A stretch of 64,000 nt of DNA from Gemmatimonadales bacterium (lineage in GTDB: Bacteria > Gemmatimonadota > Gemmatimonadetes > Gemmatimonadales > GWC2-71-9). Each line of letters starts with the position of its first letter. Positions within the stretch are counted from its first letter, which is position 1. The notes under the pieces were generated by a model, which saw only the letters and a program-made list of their open reading frames with translations, had not been told where the DNA came from and searched no databases. Of this stretch, positions 10,622 to 19,975 are shown piece by piece. The DNA lies in the NCBI GenBank assembly GCA_035712285.1, contig DASTBA010000101.1, positions 3,686 through 67,685 on the forward strand, read 5' to 3'. The position numbers and the translations under genes are program-made.

Positions 10622-11827
10622 ATGATTTTCGAGCTGGAAGAAAACGGCGCGCAGAATGCGCGGATGAAGGTGGTCGGCGTCGGCGGCGGTGGCGGGAACG
10701 CCGTCAACCGGATGATCGAGGAAGGCCTGCAGGGGGTCGAGTTCATCTCGGTCAACACCGATTCGCAGGCGCTGCAGAACTCCCGGTCCGACGTGAAGGT
10801 GCAGATCGGCAAGAAGCTGACCCGCGGCCTGGGCGCCGGGGCGCGGCCCGAGATCGGCCGCCAGGCGATCGAGGAGAACCGCGACGATATCACGCCCCAC
10901 GTCCATGGCGCCGACATGGTGTTCGTCACCTGCGGCATGGGCGGCGGCACCGGCACGGGCGCGGCGCCTGTGATCGCGCAACTCGCCCGGGAGGCGGGGG
11001 CGCTCACCGTCGGCATCGTGACCAAGCCGTTCCTCTTCGAGGGCCGCAAGCGGATGCGGCAGGCGGAGACCGGCATCAGCGAGATGCGCAAGAGCGTGGA
11101 CACGATGATCGTCGTGCCCAACGAGCGCCTGCTCGCCGTGGTGGGGAAGGGCATCCCCTTCCAGGATGCGCTCAAGAAGGCGGATGAAGTACTGCTGCAC
11201 GCCACCCAGGGCATCGCGAGCCTCATCACCGCCACCGGCATCATCAACGTGGATTTCGCCGACGTGCGGACCGTGATGCAGAACGGCGGCGCCGCCCTCA
11301 TGGGCACCGGCATCGGCCGGGGCGAGACCCGGGCCCTCGAAGCGGCGCAGCAGGCGATCTCCAGCCCGCTGCTCGACAACGTCTCGATCGCCGGCGCCAC
11401 CGGGGTCCTGATCAACATCATCGGCGGCGACGATCTCACCCTGGGCGAGGTCACCCAGATCAACGACATCATCCACGACGCGGTGGGCGACGAGGCGGAG
11501 ATCATCTTCGGCGCCGGCCGGGACGCGGCGATGCACGGCGAGGTGCGGGTAACGGTGATCGCCACCGGCTTCGACCGGGCGGTGACCGGTGCGGATCAGC
11601 CGGCGGCGGTGCGGAACGGGACCACCAGCGTCCTGCAGTTCCCGGGCACTGGCACAAAGCGTGCTTCCGGTGCGACATTGCAGACCCCGGCCGCCGGAAT
11701 CCCTCGGGCGATGCCGCGCCCGCCGGCGGCCGGTGCAGGACCGGGAAGTGCTTCGAGCGGTGCGGGTTCCAGCGGCGACATGCCGGAGATGGAAATCCCG
11801 ACCTTCATCCGCAGACAGATGGATTGA
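10622..11827 (+). CDS. ftsZ: cell division GTPase FtsZ
   Basis: ATG 10622 preceded by GGAAGGGGA. Tubulin signature [11 protein letters not shown], and the C-terminal conserved peptide [11 protein letters not shown]. Confidence 0.97.
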   Translation: MIFELEENGAQNARMKVVGVGGGGGNAVNRMIEEGLQGVEFISVNTDSQALQNSRSDVKVQIGKKLTRGLGAGARPEIGRQAIEENRDDITPHVHGADMVFVTCGMGGGTGTGAAPVIAQLAREAGALTVGIVTKPFLFEGRKRMRQAETGISEMRKSVDTMIVVPNERLLAVVGKGIPFQDALKKADEVLLHATQGIASLITATGIINVDFADVRTVMQNGGAALMGTGIGRGETRALEAAQQAISSPLLDNVSIAGATGVLINIIGGDDLTLGEVTQINDIIHDAVGDEAEIIFGAGRDAAMHGEVRVTVIATGFDRAVTGADQPAAVRNGTTSVLQFPGTGTKRASGATLQTPAAGIPRAMPRPPAAGAGPGSASSGAGSSGDMPEMEIPTFIRRQMD

Positions 11828-11829
11828 GC

Positions 11830-13098
11830 ATGCGATCGAGCAGACTGGCCGCCGTGGCGGTCTTCACGGCGGCCGCGTATTTCGCGGCAACGGGGGCATG
11901 GCCCTGGCGGCGGCTTTCCGAGCCGGCCACGCCGCTCGCCACCGCTACCCGGGTGGCCCCCACCCACCGCACCCTCGCCGACACCTTGCAGCGCGGCGAG
12001 ACCCTGTCCGAGCTGCTCGAGCGGCACAACGTGGTCGGCCTTGACCTCGCCAGTCTCACGTCGGCCCTCGACCCCCGCCGCCTCCGGGCCGGCCTGATCT
12101 TCAATTTCCGTCGTCCGGTGGCGGACTCGGTTCCCGACCGCGTCACCGTCCGTACCAGCCCCGAGCAACTCGTCCGGTTCACCCGCGTGGCGAATGCCTG
12201 GTCCGCGGATGTGGAGCCGATCGCCTGGCGCCCGGAAGTGATCCGGGTCGAGGGCGACATCCAGAACTCGCTCTACGAGGCACTGGATCGCCAGATTCCC
12301 GATTCCGAACTTGCCGGCCCTGAGCGCGAGCGCCTGGCCTGGGCGCTGGCCGACGTGTTTGCGTGGGAGGTGGACTTCTCCCGCGACATCCGGGCCGGCG
12401 ACCATTTCACCGTGGCGCTGGAACGGCTGGTCTCGGATGCGGGGGAAGTGCGCTTCGGCCGGGTCCTGGCCAGCGATCTCTCGGTGGACTCCCGCCACTA
12501 CACGGCGTTCCGCTTCGAGCAGGCGGGGAGCGTCTCGTTCTTCGACAAGGACGGCAACTCGCTCAAGCGGGCATTCCTGCGGGCTCCGGTCGAGTTCCGC
12601 CGCATCTCGTCCAATTTCACGAGCGCGCGGTTTCATCCGGTGCTGGGCTACACCCGGAAGCATGAGGGCACCGACTACGCGGCGGCAACCGGCACACCGG
12701 TCATGGCAGCGGGAGACGGGACGGTCATCCGGGCCGGCCGGGCCGGCGGGTACGGTAACCTGATCGAGATCCGCCACCGGAGCGGGATCACGACTCGCTA
12801 TGGACACCTGAGCCGCATCCTCACGCACGCCGGGGCGCACGTGAGCCAGGGGCAGGTCATCGGGAAGGTGGGCCAGACCGGTCTCGCCACGGGACCCCAT
12901 CTTCATTACGAGTTCCGCGTGAACGGCGTCGCGAAGGATTCACGCCGGGTGGACCTTGGCAACGGTGCCCCGGTCGCCCGGGCGGACCGCGCGGCCTTCA
13001 ACACCGACCGCGACAGTCTCGCGGCCATCCTGTACGGCCAGCCGGTGCCGCCGGCGCGGCTCATGGCGGCCAACAAGAGTGCCGGCTCCACGAGCTGA
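11830..13098 (+). CDS. M23-family (LytM-type) peptidoglycan endopeptidase
   Basis: Catalytic motifs are intact (HEGTDYAA; GPHLHYEF) and there is an N-terminal hydrophobic anchor. ATG 11830 sits 3 nt after the ftsZ stop; an in-frame TTG at 11824 overlaps that stop. Confidence 0.85.
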   Translation: MRSSRLAAVAVFTAAAYFAATGAWPWRRLSEPATPLATATRVAPTHRTLADTLQRGETLSELLERHNVVGLDLASLTSALDPRRLRAGLIFNFRRPVADSVPDRVTVRTSPEQLVRFTRVANAWSADVEPIAWRPEVIRVEGDIQNSLYEALDRQIPDSELAGPERERLAWALADVFAWEVDFSRDIRAGDHFTVALERLVSDAGEVRFGRVLASDLSVDSRHYTAFRFEQAGSVSFFDKDGNSLKRAFLRAPVEFRRISSNFTSARFHPVLGYTRKHEGTDYAAATGTPVMAAGDGTVIRAGRAGGYGNLIEIRHRSGITTRYGHLSRILTHAGAHVSQGQVIGKVGQTGLATGPHLHYEFRVNGVAKDSRRVDLGNGAPVARADRAAFNTDRDSLAAILYGQPVPPARLMAANKSAGSTS

Positions 13099-13132
13099 CC
13101 TGCACGCCGGGTGACGGTCCGCGCCGTACCCG

Positions 13133-14938
13133 ATGATCTACCTCCTCCTTGCCATCCTCACCGGGTTCGCGCTTGCGGCGCTGACCTATCTGGTGCTGGA
13201 ACGCAACGGCCGCCCCGTGGCCGGGCCCCTGCTTGCCCGCGGCATCGCCTGGTCGGCGCTCATCCTTCTCCTTCTCAACGCCTCATTCCCGTACGCCGGC
13301 CGGCGCCCGGCGCCGATCGTGCTGCTCGACGCTTCCCTCAGCATGACCGCCGCCGGCGGACACTGGCAGGCAGCCCGCGACTCGGCGCGCCGGACGGGCG
13401 AGGTGCGCTTCTTCGGTGATTCGCGCCCGGGAGCCGACACGCTCCCGGATCGGGGCCGCTCCGCGCTCCTGCCGGATCTCACGGCCGCCGCCGCGTCGAA
13501 CCGGCCGGTTGTCGTCTATACCGATGGCGAACTCGACGACAGCCCCGACCTGCCGCCCGACCTGCTGGATCGCGTGCGCGTCCAGGTCTTCGCGCGGGAT
13601 TCGGTGCCCGACTATGCCGTCACCATGGTCCAGGCCCCGGACCGGGTAGCGAGCGGCGATACCATTCCGCTCACGGTCGAGCTGCGCTCGCTGCGCGGAG
13701 CACCGGCACGTGACCTGAAACTGGATGTCACCATCGGGCGCAACACGCTCACCACGAGGCGAGTGCCGGTCGCGGCCAGCGGAGTGGCCCACCTGGTGGT
13801 GCCCGTGGTGACGCGAGGGCTGCCGCCCGGCGCCCATCTTCTCGAGGTGCGCATCGCGGATGCCGCGGACGCCGAGCCACGGACCGATTCGCGGCTGGTG
13901 CTCGTGCAGGTCACCGGTACGCCGGGAATCGTGCTGGTCGCGGCGCCCGCGGACTGGGACTCGCGCGCGCTGTACCGCACCCTCCGCGACGTGGCGCGGC
14001 TGCCGGTGCGTGGTTACGTGCAACTGGCCGCCGGGCGCTTCCGGTCCATGCAGGATCTCTCGGTGGCGAGTGAAGAGACCGTGCGCCGCGCCGCACGGGG
14101 CGCCGACCTGCTCATCCTCAAGGGGCGGGCTGGTGATCTTGCACGCAGCGCCCGGAACCGGGGCATCTGGCTCTGGCCATCGGGAGAGGATGGCCGGACC
14201 ATGGTGCCGGGTGACTGGTACGTCTCTCCCGGAGGCGCCTCGCCCGTGAGTGGCGCATTCCTTGGCCTGCCGCTGGATTCATTCCCGCCGCTCACCGCAG
14301 CGGCTGCGGGCATGGACGCCCGATCCACCGACTGGGTGGCCCTGCAGGGGCGGAACCGCCGGCGAGGCCCGGTGATTCCCCTTGTCACTGGACGTACCGA
14401 GGGAAATCGCCGCGCGGTTGTGGTGGCGGCGGACGGCTTCTGGCGCTGGGCATTCCGCGGTGGCGAAAGCGAGCAGGCCTATCGCTCCTGGGTTGCCACC
14501 ACGGTGAGCTGGCTTCTGGCCGCACCGGATACCGCCGTGGGCGTCGCACGAGCGACTCGGCCGGTGGTGCAGCAGGGGACTCCCGTGGTCTTCGAATGGA
14601 CCGGTGGAGGTACCCCGCACGATGTGCCCGTGATGCTCACCAGCGACAGCGCGCGCGAGACCGACACCCTCCGCTTCGCGGCCGGCGGCCGGGCGGCGGT
14701 CTGGCTCCGTCCCGGCGCCTGGTCGTATCGCCTGGCCGACGGTGGCGCCGGGGTGGTCGCGGTGGAGACGTACAGCGACGAATTCCTCCCCCGGTCCGCC
14801 GCCCTCCGCTCGCAGCCTGCCCGCAGCACGCCGGTTCCCGGCCGGACCGGCGTACGCGACTGGGCATGGCTCTTCGGCGTGGCCATTCTTGCTTTTGCGC
14901 TTGAATGGTGGTGGCGCAGGCGTCTCGGCCTGCGATAG
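13133..14938 (+). CDS. hypothetical membrane protein: N-terminal double-TM segment plus a degenerate vWA-like (DxSxS) region and a C-terminal TM anchor
   Basis: 601 aa. Two N-terminal TM helices are followed by VLLDASLSM (MIDAS-like D-x-S-x-S). The C-terminal helix is WAWLFGVAILAFALEWWW followed by RRRLGLR. It resembles BatA/TIGR02226-type proteins, but only from memory. Confidence 0.5.
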   Translation: MIYLLLAILTGFALAALTYLVLERNGRPVAGPLLARGIAWSALILLLLNASFPYAGRRPAPIVLLDASLSMTAAGGHWQAARDSARRTGEVRFFGDSRPGADTLPDRGRSALLPDLTAAAASNRPVVVYTDGELDDSPDLPPDLLDRVRVQVFARDSVPDYAVTMVQAPDRVASGDTIPLTVELRSLRGAPARDLKLDVTIGRNTLTTRRVPVAASGVAHLVVPVVTRGLPPGAHLLEVRIADAADAEPRTDSRLVLVQVTGTPGIVLVAAPADWDSRALYRTLRDVARLPVRGYVQLAAGRFRSMQDLSVASEETVRRAARGADLLILKGRAGDLARSARNRGIWLWPSGEDGRTMVPGDWYVSPGGASPVSGAFLGLPLDSFPPLTAAAAGMDARSTDWVALQGRNRRRGPVIPLVTGRTEGNRRAVVVAADGFWRWAFRGGESEQAYRSWVATTVSWLLAAPDTAVGVARATRPVVQQGTPVVFEWTGGGTPHDVPVMLTSDSARETDTLRFAAGGRAAVWLRPGAWSYRLADGGAGVVAVETYSDEFLPRSAALRSQPARSTPVPGRTGVRDWAWLFGVAILAFALEWWWRRRLGLR

Positions 14939-15015
14939 TTCCCCGGGGTGCCCAAACCGCGGGGCTCCCGCTTACTTCCTTCCCGAGTCACCATCGCCCT
15001 GAACCTGGAGTGCGC

Positions 15016-15945
15016 ATGACCGCCGGACGTGTCGGCGAGAAGAAGCTGTCGGTGTGGCAGCGGATCAAGCGGTTCGCCATGACCGACGTGGGCGCGCTGG
15101 TCCGCGGGCTCAGGCAGGATGACCTGGAGCAGATCGAGCGGATCCTGCTCGAGGCCGACTTCGGTGTTCCGGCCACACTGGAACTCACGGAGGAGCTGGA
15201 GCACCTCGTCCGCGACGGCCAGGTCCGGACCGATGCCGACCTGCGCGAGCGGCTGGTGACCCGCCTGGCGGCGATGCTCTCGTCATCCGGTGATCCGGGG
15301 GCGATCACCCGCGCGGCGCCGGGTCCCACGGTGGTGCTCGTGATGGGCGTGAACGGGGTGGGGAAGACCACCACGGTGGCCAAGCTCGCGCGCCGCCTGA
15401 GCCGGGAGGGCCGAAGCGTGCTGCTGGCGGCGGCGGATACCTACCGGGCCGGTGCCATCGCCCAGCTGGAAATCTGGGCTGGACGGCTGGGGTTGCCCTG
15501 CGTGAGCGGCGCGCCGGGTGGAGACCCGGCGGCGGTGCTGTTCGACGCCGTGGATGCCGCGGCGGCGCGTGGCGCAGACACCGTGCTGGTGGATACCGCC
15601 GGCCGGCTGCACACGCAGGAGGGCCTGATGGAGGAACTCCGGAAGGTGGCGCGGGTTGCGAGCCGCCGGGTGGAGGGCGCACCGCACGAGACCCTCCTGG
15701 TCCTGGACGGCACCGTGGGCCAGAATGCCATCCAGCAGGGCCGCCTCTTCTCGCAGGTCGTGGTTCCGACCGGCATCATCGTGACGAAGCTGGATGGCAG
15801 TGCCCGCGGCGGCGCGGTGGCAGCCCTGCGCCGCGAGCTCGGCTTGCCCATCCGGTTCCTGGGCACCGGCGAGGGGATGGACGATCTCGAACCGTTCGAC
15901 GCGCGGCGATTCGCCGAATCGCTGCTCGGCGACGGAGCGCCCTGA
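15016..15945 (+). CDS. ftsY: signal recognition particle receptor FtsY (short form, no acidic A domain)
   Basis: NG domain with GVNGVGKTTTVAKLA, DTAGRLH and TKLDGSARGG. ATG 15016 is preceded by GGAG. Confidence 0.92.
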   Translation: MTAGRVGEKKLSVWQRIKRFAMTDVGALVRGLRQDDLEQIERILLEADFGVPATLELTEELEHLVRDGQVRTDADLRERLVTRLAAMLSSSGDPGAITRAAPGPTVVLVMGVNGVGKTTTVAKLARRLSREGRSVLLAAADTYRAGAIAQLEIWAGRLGLPCVSGAPGGDPAAVLFDAVDAAAARGADTVLVDTAGRLHTQEGLMEELRKVARVASRRVEGAPHETLLVLDGTVGQNAIQQGRLFSQVVVPTGIIVTKLDGSARGGAVAALRRELGLPIRFLGTGEGMDDLEPFDARRFAESLLGDGAP

Positions 15946-15961
15946 CCGGAGCCACCGCGCC

Positions 15962-18031
15962 GTGCCCCAGCTCCGGCTCGATACCCCGGTCAAGTTCCTG
16001 AAGGGTGTCGGCGAGCGGCGCGCCGAAGCCCTCGCCCGGCTCGGCATCACCACCGCCGGGGATCTGCTCTACCACGTGCCGCACCGGTACGTGGATGCGT
16101 CGAGTGTCACTCCCATGGTCCGTGCCCGCGTGGGTGACGACGTGGCCTGCGTCGGCGTGGTGGTCTCCAAGGCCGTCTCGCCGACCCGCAAGGGACTCCG
16201 CATCTTCAGCGCCATCCTCAAGGACAGCTCGGGCCTGCTGGAATGCGTCTGGCCCGGGCAGGCCTTCCTCGACCGGAGCATCAGGCCGGGCCAGACCCTG
16301 CTCGTGGCCGGCCCCATTCGCTTCTATCACGGCCGCCAGATGGCGCCGCGAGAATTCGTGGTGCTGGCCGATGCGAACGGATCCGCCGAGCTCGATGCGG
16401 GGCGCGTCCTGCCGGTCTATCCCGCCACCGAGGGACTCTCGCACAAGGTGATCCGCGGGCTGGTGGACCGGCATCTGGATGCACTGCTTTCCCTGGTGAC
16501 GGACACCCTGCCCGTCGCGCTGCAGCGGGCCACCGGCGTACCGCCGCTCATTGATGCCTTGCGCATGGTGCATCGGCCGGCCAGCACGGGAGACGCCGAG
16601 CGGGGGCGAAAGCGGCTGGCGCTCGATGAGCTGCTGGACCTGCAGCTCACGCTCTCCCGCGCCCGGGCACTGGCGCGCCGCGAGCGGGCCGGCGGGCTGC
16701 GCTTCACGCTCCATCGGACGCTCACGAGCCGGCTGCGCGCGGCGCTTCCCTTCGAGCTCACGCACGACCAGCGGCGGGCGCTGGGCGAAATCGTGGACGA
16801 CATGGCCTCGCCCGATCGCATGCATCGCCTCCTGATGGGTGACGTGGGCACCGGCAAGACGGTGGTCGCCCTCTTCGCGATGCTGCTGGCCCTGGAGAAC
16901 GACTGCCAGGCGGCGCTGATGGCCCCGACTGAGCTGCTGGCGGAACAGCACGTCGCCACACTCACGGCGCTGCTTGCTCCGCTGGAGATCGTGCCTGAAC
17001 TCCTGCTGGGTCGGCTCACGACGTCAGCCAAGAGTTCAGCCCGGCGGCGGCTTGCATCCGGGTCGGCCCGCCTGGTGGTGGGGACGCACGCACTTTTCCA
17101 GGGGGATGTGGCGTTCCATCGTCTCGGGCTCGTGGTGATTGACGAGCAGCATCGCTTCGGCGTGGAGCAGCGGGCGGCGCTGATCGGCAAGGGGGCAGCC
17201 CCCGACGTGCTGCTGCTGTCGGCCACGCCGATTCCGCGCTCTCTGGCGCTCACGCAGTTCGGCGACCTCGATGTCTCGATCCTGCGCGAGCGCCCCCCGG
17301 GCCGGGGCCCGGTGCGGACGGCGATCCGGACGCCGGAGCAGCGGGCCCGGGTCTTCGAGTTCGTGCGCGACGCGTGCGAGGCAGGCCGGCAGGCGTATGT
17401 CGTCCTGCCGGTGATCGAGGAGTCGGAGCGGGCCGACCTGCGCGCCGCGACCACCATGGCGGAGCGGCTTCAGGAACAGTGGCCCGACCTGACCGTGGGG
17501 CTGGTGCATGGCCGCCTGAAGGCGGACGAGCGCGACCGCGTGATGCGCCGCTTCCGGGCCAGCGAGGTGCAGGTACTGGTGGCCACCACCGTCATCGAAG
17601 TGGGTCTCGACGTTCCCAATGCCAGCATCATGGTGATCGAGCATCCGGAGCGTTTCGGCCTTGCGCAGCTGCACCAGCTTCGTGGCCGGGTCGGGCGCGG
17701 GGGAGCGGAGAGCTACTGCATCCTGCTGGCGGAGCATCATGGGCGGGAGCGGCTCGATGCCTTTGCCCGGACCGAGGACGGATTCCGCATCGCCGAGCTG
17801 GACCTCGCCGAGCGGGGGCTCGGCGACCTGATCGGCACCCGGCAGTCGGGCGGGTTTGCCGTGCGCTTTGCGCGGCTGCCGGAGGACGAGGCACTGCTGC
17901 AGCAGGCGCGCGCCTGTGCGGAGCAATTGCTGGCCGACGATCCCGCCCTGGCACGGCCCGCCAGCCGCGAGCTCCGGGCCCGGGTACTGACGCGCTATCC
18001 GCGCGCCCTGGAATTCTTCCGCACCGGCTGA
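15962..18031 (+). CDS. recG: ATP-dependent DNA helicase RecG
   Basis: Wedge domain plus SF2 helicase motifs (GDVGTGKT; DEQHRFG; TPIPRS; QLHQLRGRVGRG). The start is taken as GTG 15962 (GGAG upstream); the ORF-track ATG 15794 would overlap ftsY by about 150 nt. Confidence 0.88.
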   Translation: MPQLRLDTPVKFLKGVGERRAEALARLGITTAGDLLYHVPHRYVDASSVTPMVRARVGDDVACVGVVVSKAVSPTRKGLRIFSAILKDSSGLLECVWPGQAFLDRSIRPGQTLLVAGPIRFYHGRQMAPREFVVLADANGSAELDAGRVLPVYPATEGLSHKVIRGLVDRHLDALLSLVTDTLPVALQRATGVPPLIDALRMVHRPASTGDAERGRKRLALDELLDLQLTLSRARALARRERAGGLRFTLHRTLTSRLRAALPFELTHDQRRALGEIVDDMASPDRMHRLLMGDVGTGKTVVALFAMLLALENDCQAALMAPTELLAEQHVATLTALLAPLEIVPELLLGRLTTSAKSSARRRLASGSARLVVGTHALFQGDVAFHRLGLVVIDEQHRFGVEQRAALIGKGAAPDVLLLSATPIPRSLALTQFGDLDVSILRERPPGRGPVRTAIRTPEQRARVFEFVRDACEAGRQAYVVLPVIEESERADLRAATTMAERLQEQWPDLTVGLVHGRLKADERDRVMRRFRASEVQVLVATTVIEVGLDVPNASIMVIEHPERFGLAQLHQLRGRVGRGGAESYCILLAEHHGRERLDAFARTEDGFRIAELDLAERGLGDLIGTRQSGGFAVRFARLPEDEALLQQARACAEQLLADDPALARPASRELRARVLTRYPRALEFFRTG

Positions 18032-18073
18032 CGAGGGCCGGTTACGTCAACGCTCAAGCGCAAGGAGCCCGGC

Positions 18074-18433
18074 ATGGAAACGACATCTGCCTCAGGGAGC
18101 GGTCTCATCAGGGCGACCCTTACCGGAACGGTGCTGCAGGTGCTGATGGTGGTGACCGGCCACTGGGTCATGGCGGTGCAGAACCTGTTCGGCGTGCTCG
18201 GCACGGTGCTGGCCGTGGTGACGGGATTCCTGTTCGGCAAGTGGTCCAGCCGCGCAAACCGCCTGGGAGCTGCCACCGGCGGCGCCATCGCCGGCAGCGT
18301 CAGCAGCCTGCTTGGCACGGTGGTCTCGTACGGGCTGCACGACATCCCGGGCAATATCATTGGCGTGGGTACGCTGACCGGCATCGTCGCGGGTGCCATC
18401 GGTGGCGTGATCGGCTTTCGCAAGCCGGCCTGA
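18074..18433 (+). CDS. hypothetical small membrane protein (glycine-zipper-rich)
   Basis: 119 aa with 3-4 predicted TM segments rich in GxxxG. AAGGAG lies 7 nt upstream of the ATG. I recognise no family. Confidence 0.5.
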   Translation: METTSASGSGLIRATLTGTVLQVLMVVTGHWVMAVQNLFGVLGTVLAVVTGFLFGKWSSRANRLGAATGGAIAGSVSSLLGTVVSYGLHDIPGNIIGVGTLTGIVAGAIGGVIGFRKPA

Positions 18434-18434
18434 T

Positions 18435-18890
18435 TCAGAAGCGGACCAGCAGCCCCAGCTCGGTGCGGTCGCTCCGGACCGCGACCTTGGGTTCGAACGG
18501 AATGTTGCCGGGCGGGTGCTTGGGACGGGCAAATTCCCAGACGAACATGACGGCCGCGCCCAGCGCGGCCGTTTCGCCACTGGCAAGCCAGAGACGGGCA
18601 TGGCGGTCGAAGCGCAGTGATTCCTGGTAGAGCCGCTCGCTCTCGGGATCGGCATAGGCGCCGCCGTCGCCCAGCGCGCAGAGTGACTGGTCCTGGGTAC
18701 AGCGGTCGGTGAGCTGGCCGAAGGCAGCATCGGCGGTGCGATGGGCGTCGGCGGCGGCGAGGTTCATGCCGACCGCGCCGGCCACGAGCAGCCATTTGCC
18801 GTACTTCACGAGCGGCGGGCTGCCCTGCGCCTCGGCCAGCCCGGGGCCGAGCAGGAGGAGCGCCGCAGCAACACGAAGCATGCGCGTCAT
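18435..18890 (-). CDS. hypothetical secreted/envelope protein
   Basis: 151 aa taken from the internal Met of the 517-aa ORF-track entry. Signal peptide MTRMLRVAAALLLLGPGLAEAQG. ATGA overlap with the upstream BamB-like gene. Ends ...LGLLVRF. Confidence 0.5.
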   Translation of the reverse strand: MTRMLRVAAALLLLGPGLAEAQGSPPLVKYGKWLLVAGAVGMNLAAADAHRTADAAFGQLTDRCTQDQSLCALGDGGAYADPESERLYQESLRFDRHARLWLASGETAALGAAVMFVWEFARPKHPPGNIPFEPKVAVRSDRTELGLLVRF

Positions 18891-19963
18891 CGCGTGAACC
18901 GGTAAAGGTCGCCGTCGCCGCCGACGGCCACGAACCCGTCGGGCAGTTCCACGGGGGAGACGTCCACGGCGGGCCACACCCGCACGCGCCAGCGCTCGGT
19001 GCCGTCGCGGTTGAGGCCCCGGATGGCGCCATCGGCGCCGCCAAGCACGAGGTCGGGGCCGACCGGGACGATGCCGGATGTCACCGGCCAGCCGAGCGTC
19101 GCCAGGACACGGACCGCGGGTGGATCTCCGCTCACGATCTGATACACGGTGCCGGTGCGGGTTGCCGCCCAGACGGTGTCGCCGGAGATCGCCACCGGGC
19201 CCAGCACCGGTGCATCGGTGGTCACGCGCCAGACGGTGCGCAGGGTGGCGGGGGCAATGGCCACGACGCTGGAATCCGAGAATCCGGCGACCAGGTGGTC
19301 GCCAAGTACCTGCCAGCCGGCAAGGGCCACGCCGTGGATGGGGCGCCGGGCAATGGTGCGTCCGGCGGTGGTCTCGAGCAGGATGAGCGAGTCCATGGTG
19401 GTGACCAGCATGCGGCCGGGCCCGGCGGCCGCCGGTGCCGTGCGCGAAGGTCCCGCGTACCGCCGCCACCGGACGCGGCCGGTGGCGGCATTGAGCGCCA
19501 CCACCTCGTCGGTGCTGGTCATGCCCGCCACCATGTCGGCCACCAGGCCAAGCGGTGAACTCATCCTGCCGGTATTGGCGCGCCAGATCGTGCCCCCCGA
19601 GAGGGAGATGGCCTGCACGCGCCCCGAAGGCCGCCCGGTGGCGGCAAAGATCCGGGTCTCGTTCGCGAGGACGCCACCCACGATGTCTCCCGGCAGGCGA
19701 GCGGTCCAGCGAACATCGCCGGAATCGCGGGAGACCGCCACCACGCGGCGATTCGAGGCCCCGATCAGGACCAGCGACCGGGTCAGGGCGAGCGGCGCCC
19801 GCGCACCGCGGATGCCGTCCTGCCTCCATGTCTCCCCCGGCGCCTCGCCCGCGGCGGCGGGCGGGATCGGCGGCGGCGCCGGATGGAAGTTGATGCAGGC
19901 CGCGTTGACGGTCACCATTGCCACGGCTAGACTGCACCCTCCCGAACGCAACCTCACTCGCAT
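18887..19963 (-). CDS. PQQ-like beta-propeller repeat protein (BamB-like lipoprotein candidate)
   Basis: Repeated V-A-x-D/N-x-x-T/G-G-x-x-x-W blades (VVAVSRDSGDVRW; VVALNAATGRVRW; VVAIAPATLRTVW; IRGLNRDGTERW). Signal-like N-terminus MRVRLRSGGCSLAVAMVTVNAAC. The start could instead be ATG 19918. Confidence 0.6.
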   Translation of the reverse strand: MRVRLRSGGCSLAVAMVTVNAACINFHPAPPPIPPAAAGEAPGETWRQDGIRGARAPLALTRSLVLIGASNRRVVAVSRDSGDVRWTARLPGDIVGGVLANETRIFAATGRPSGRVQAISLSGGTIWRANTGRMSSPLGLVADMVAGMTSTDEVVALNAATGRVRWRRYAGPSRTAPAAAGPGRMLVTTMDSLILLETTAGRTIARRPIHGVALAGWQVLGDHLVAGFSDSSVVAIAPATLRTVWRVTTDAPVLGPVAISGDTVWAATRTGTVYQIVSGDPPAVRVLATLGWPVTSGIVPVGPDLVLGGADGAIRGLNRDGTERWRVRVWPAVDVSPVELPDGFVAVGGDGDLYRFTR

Positions 19964-19975
19964 GACGGCATCCGC

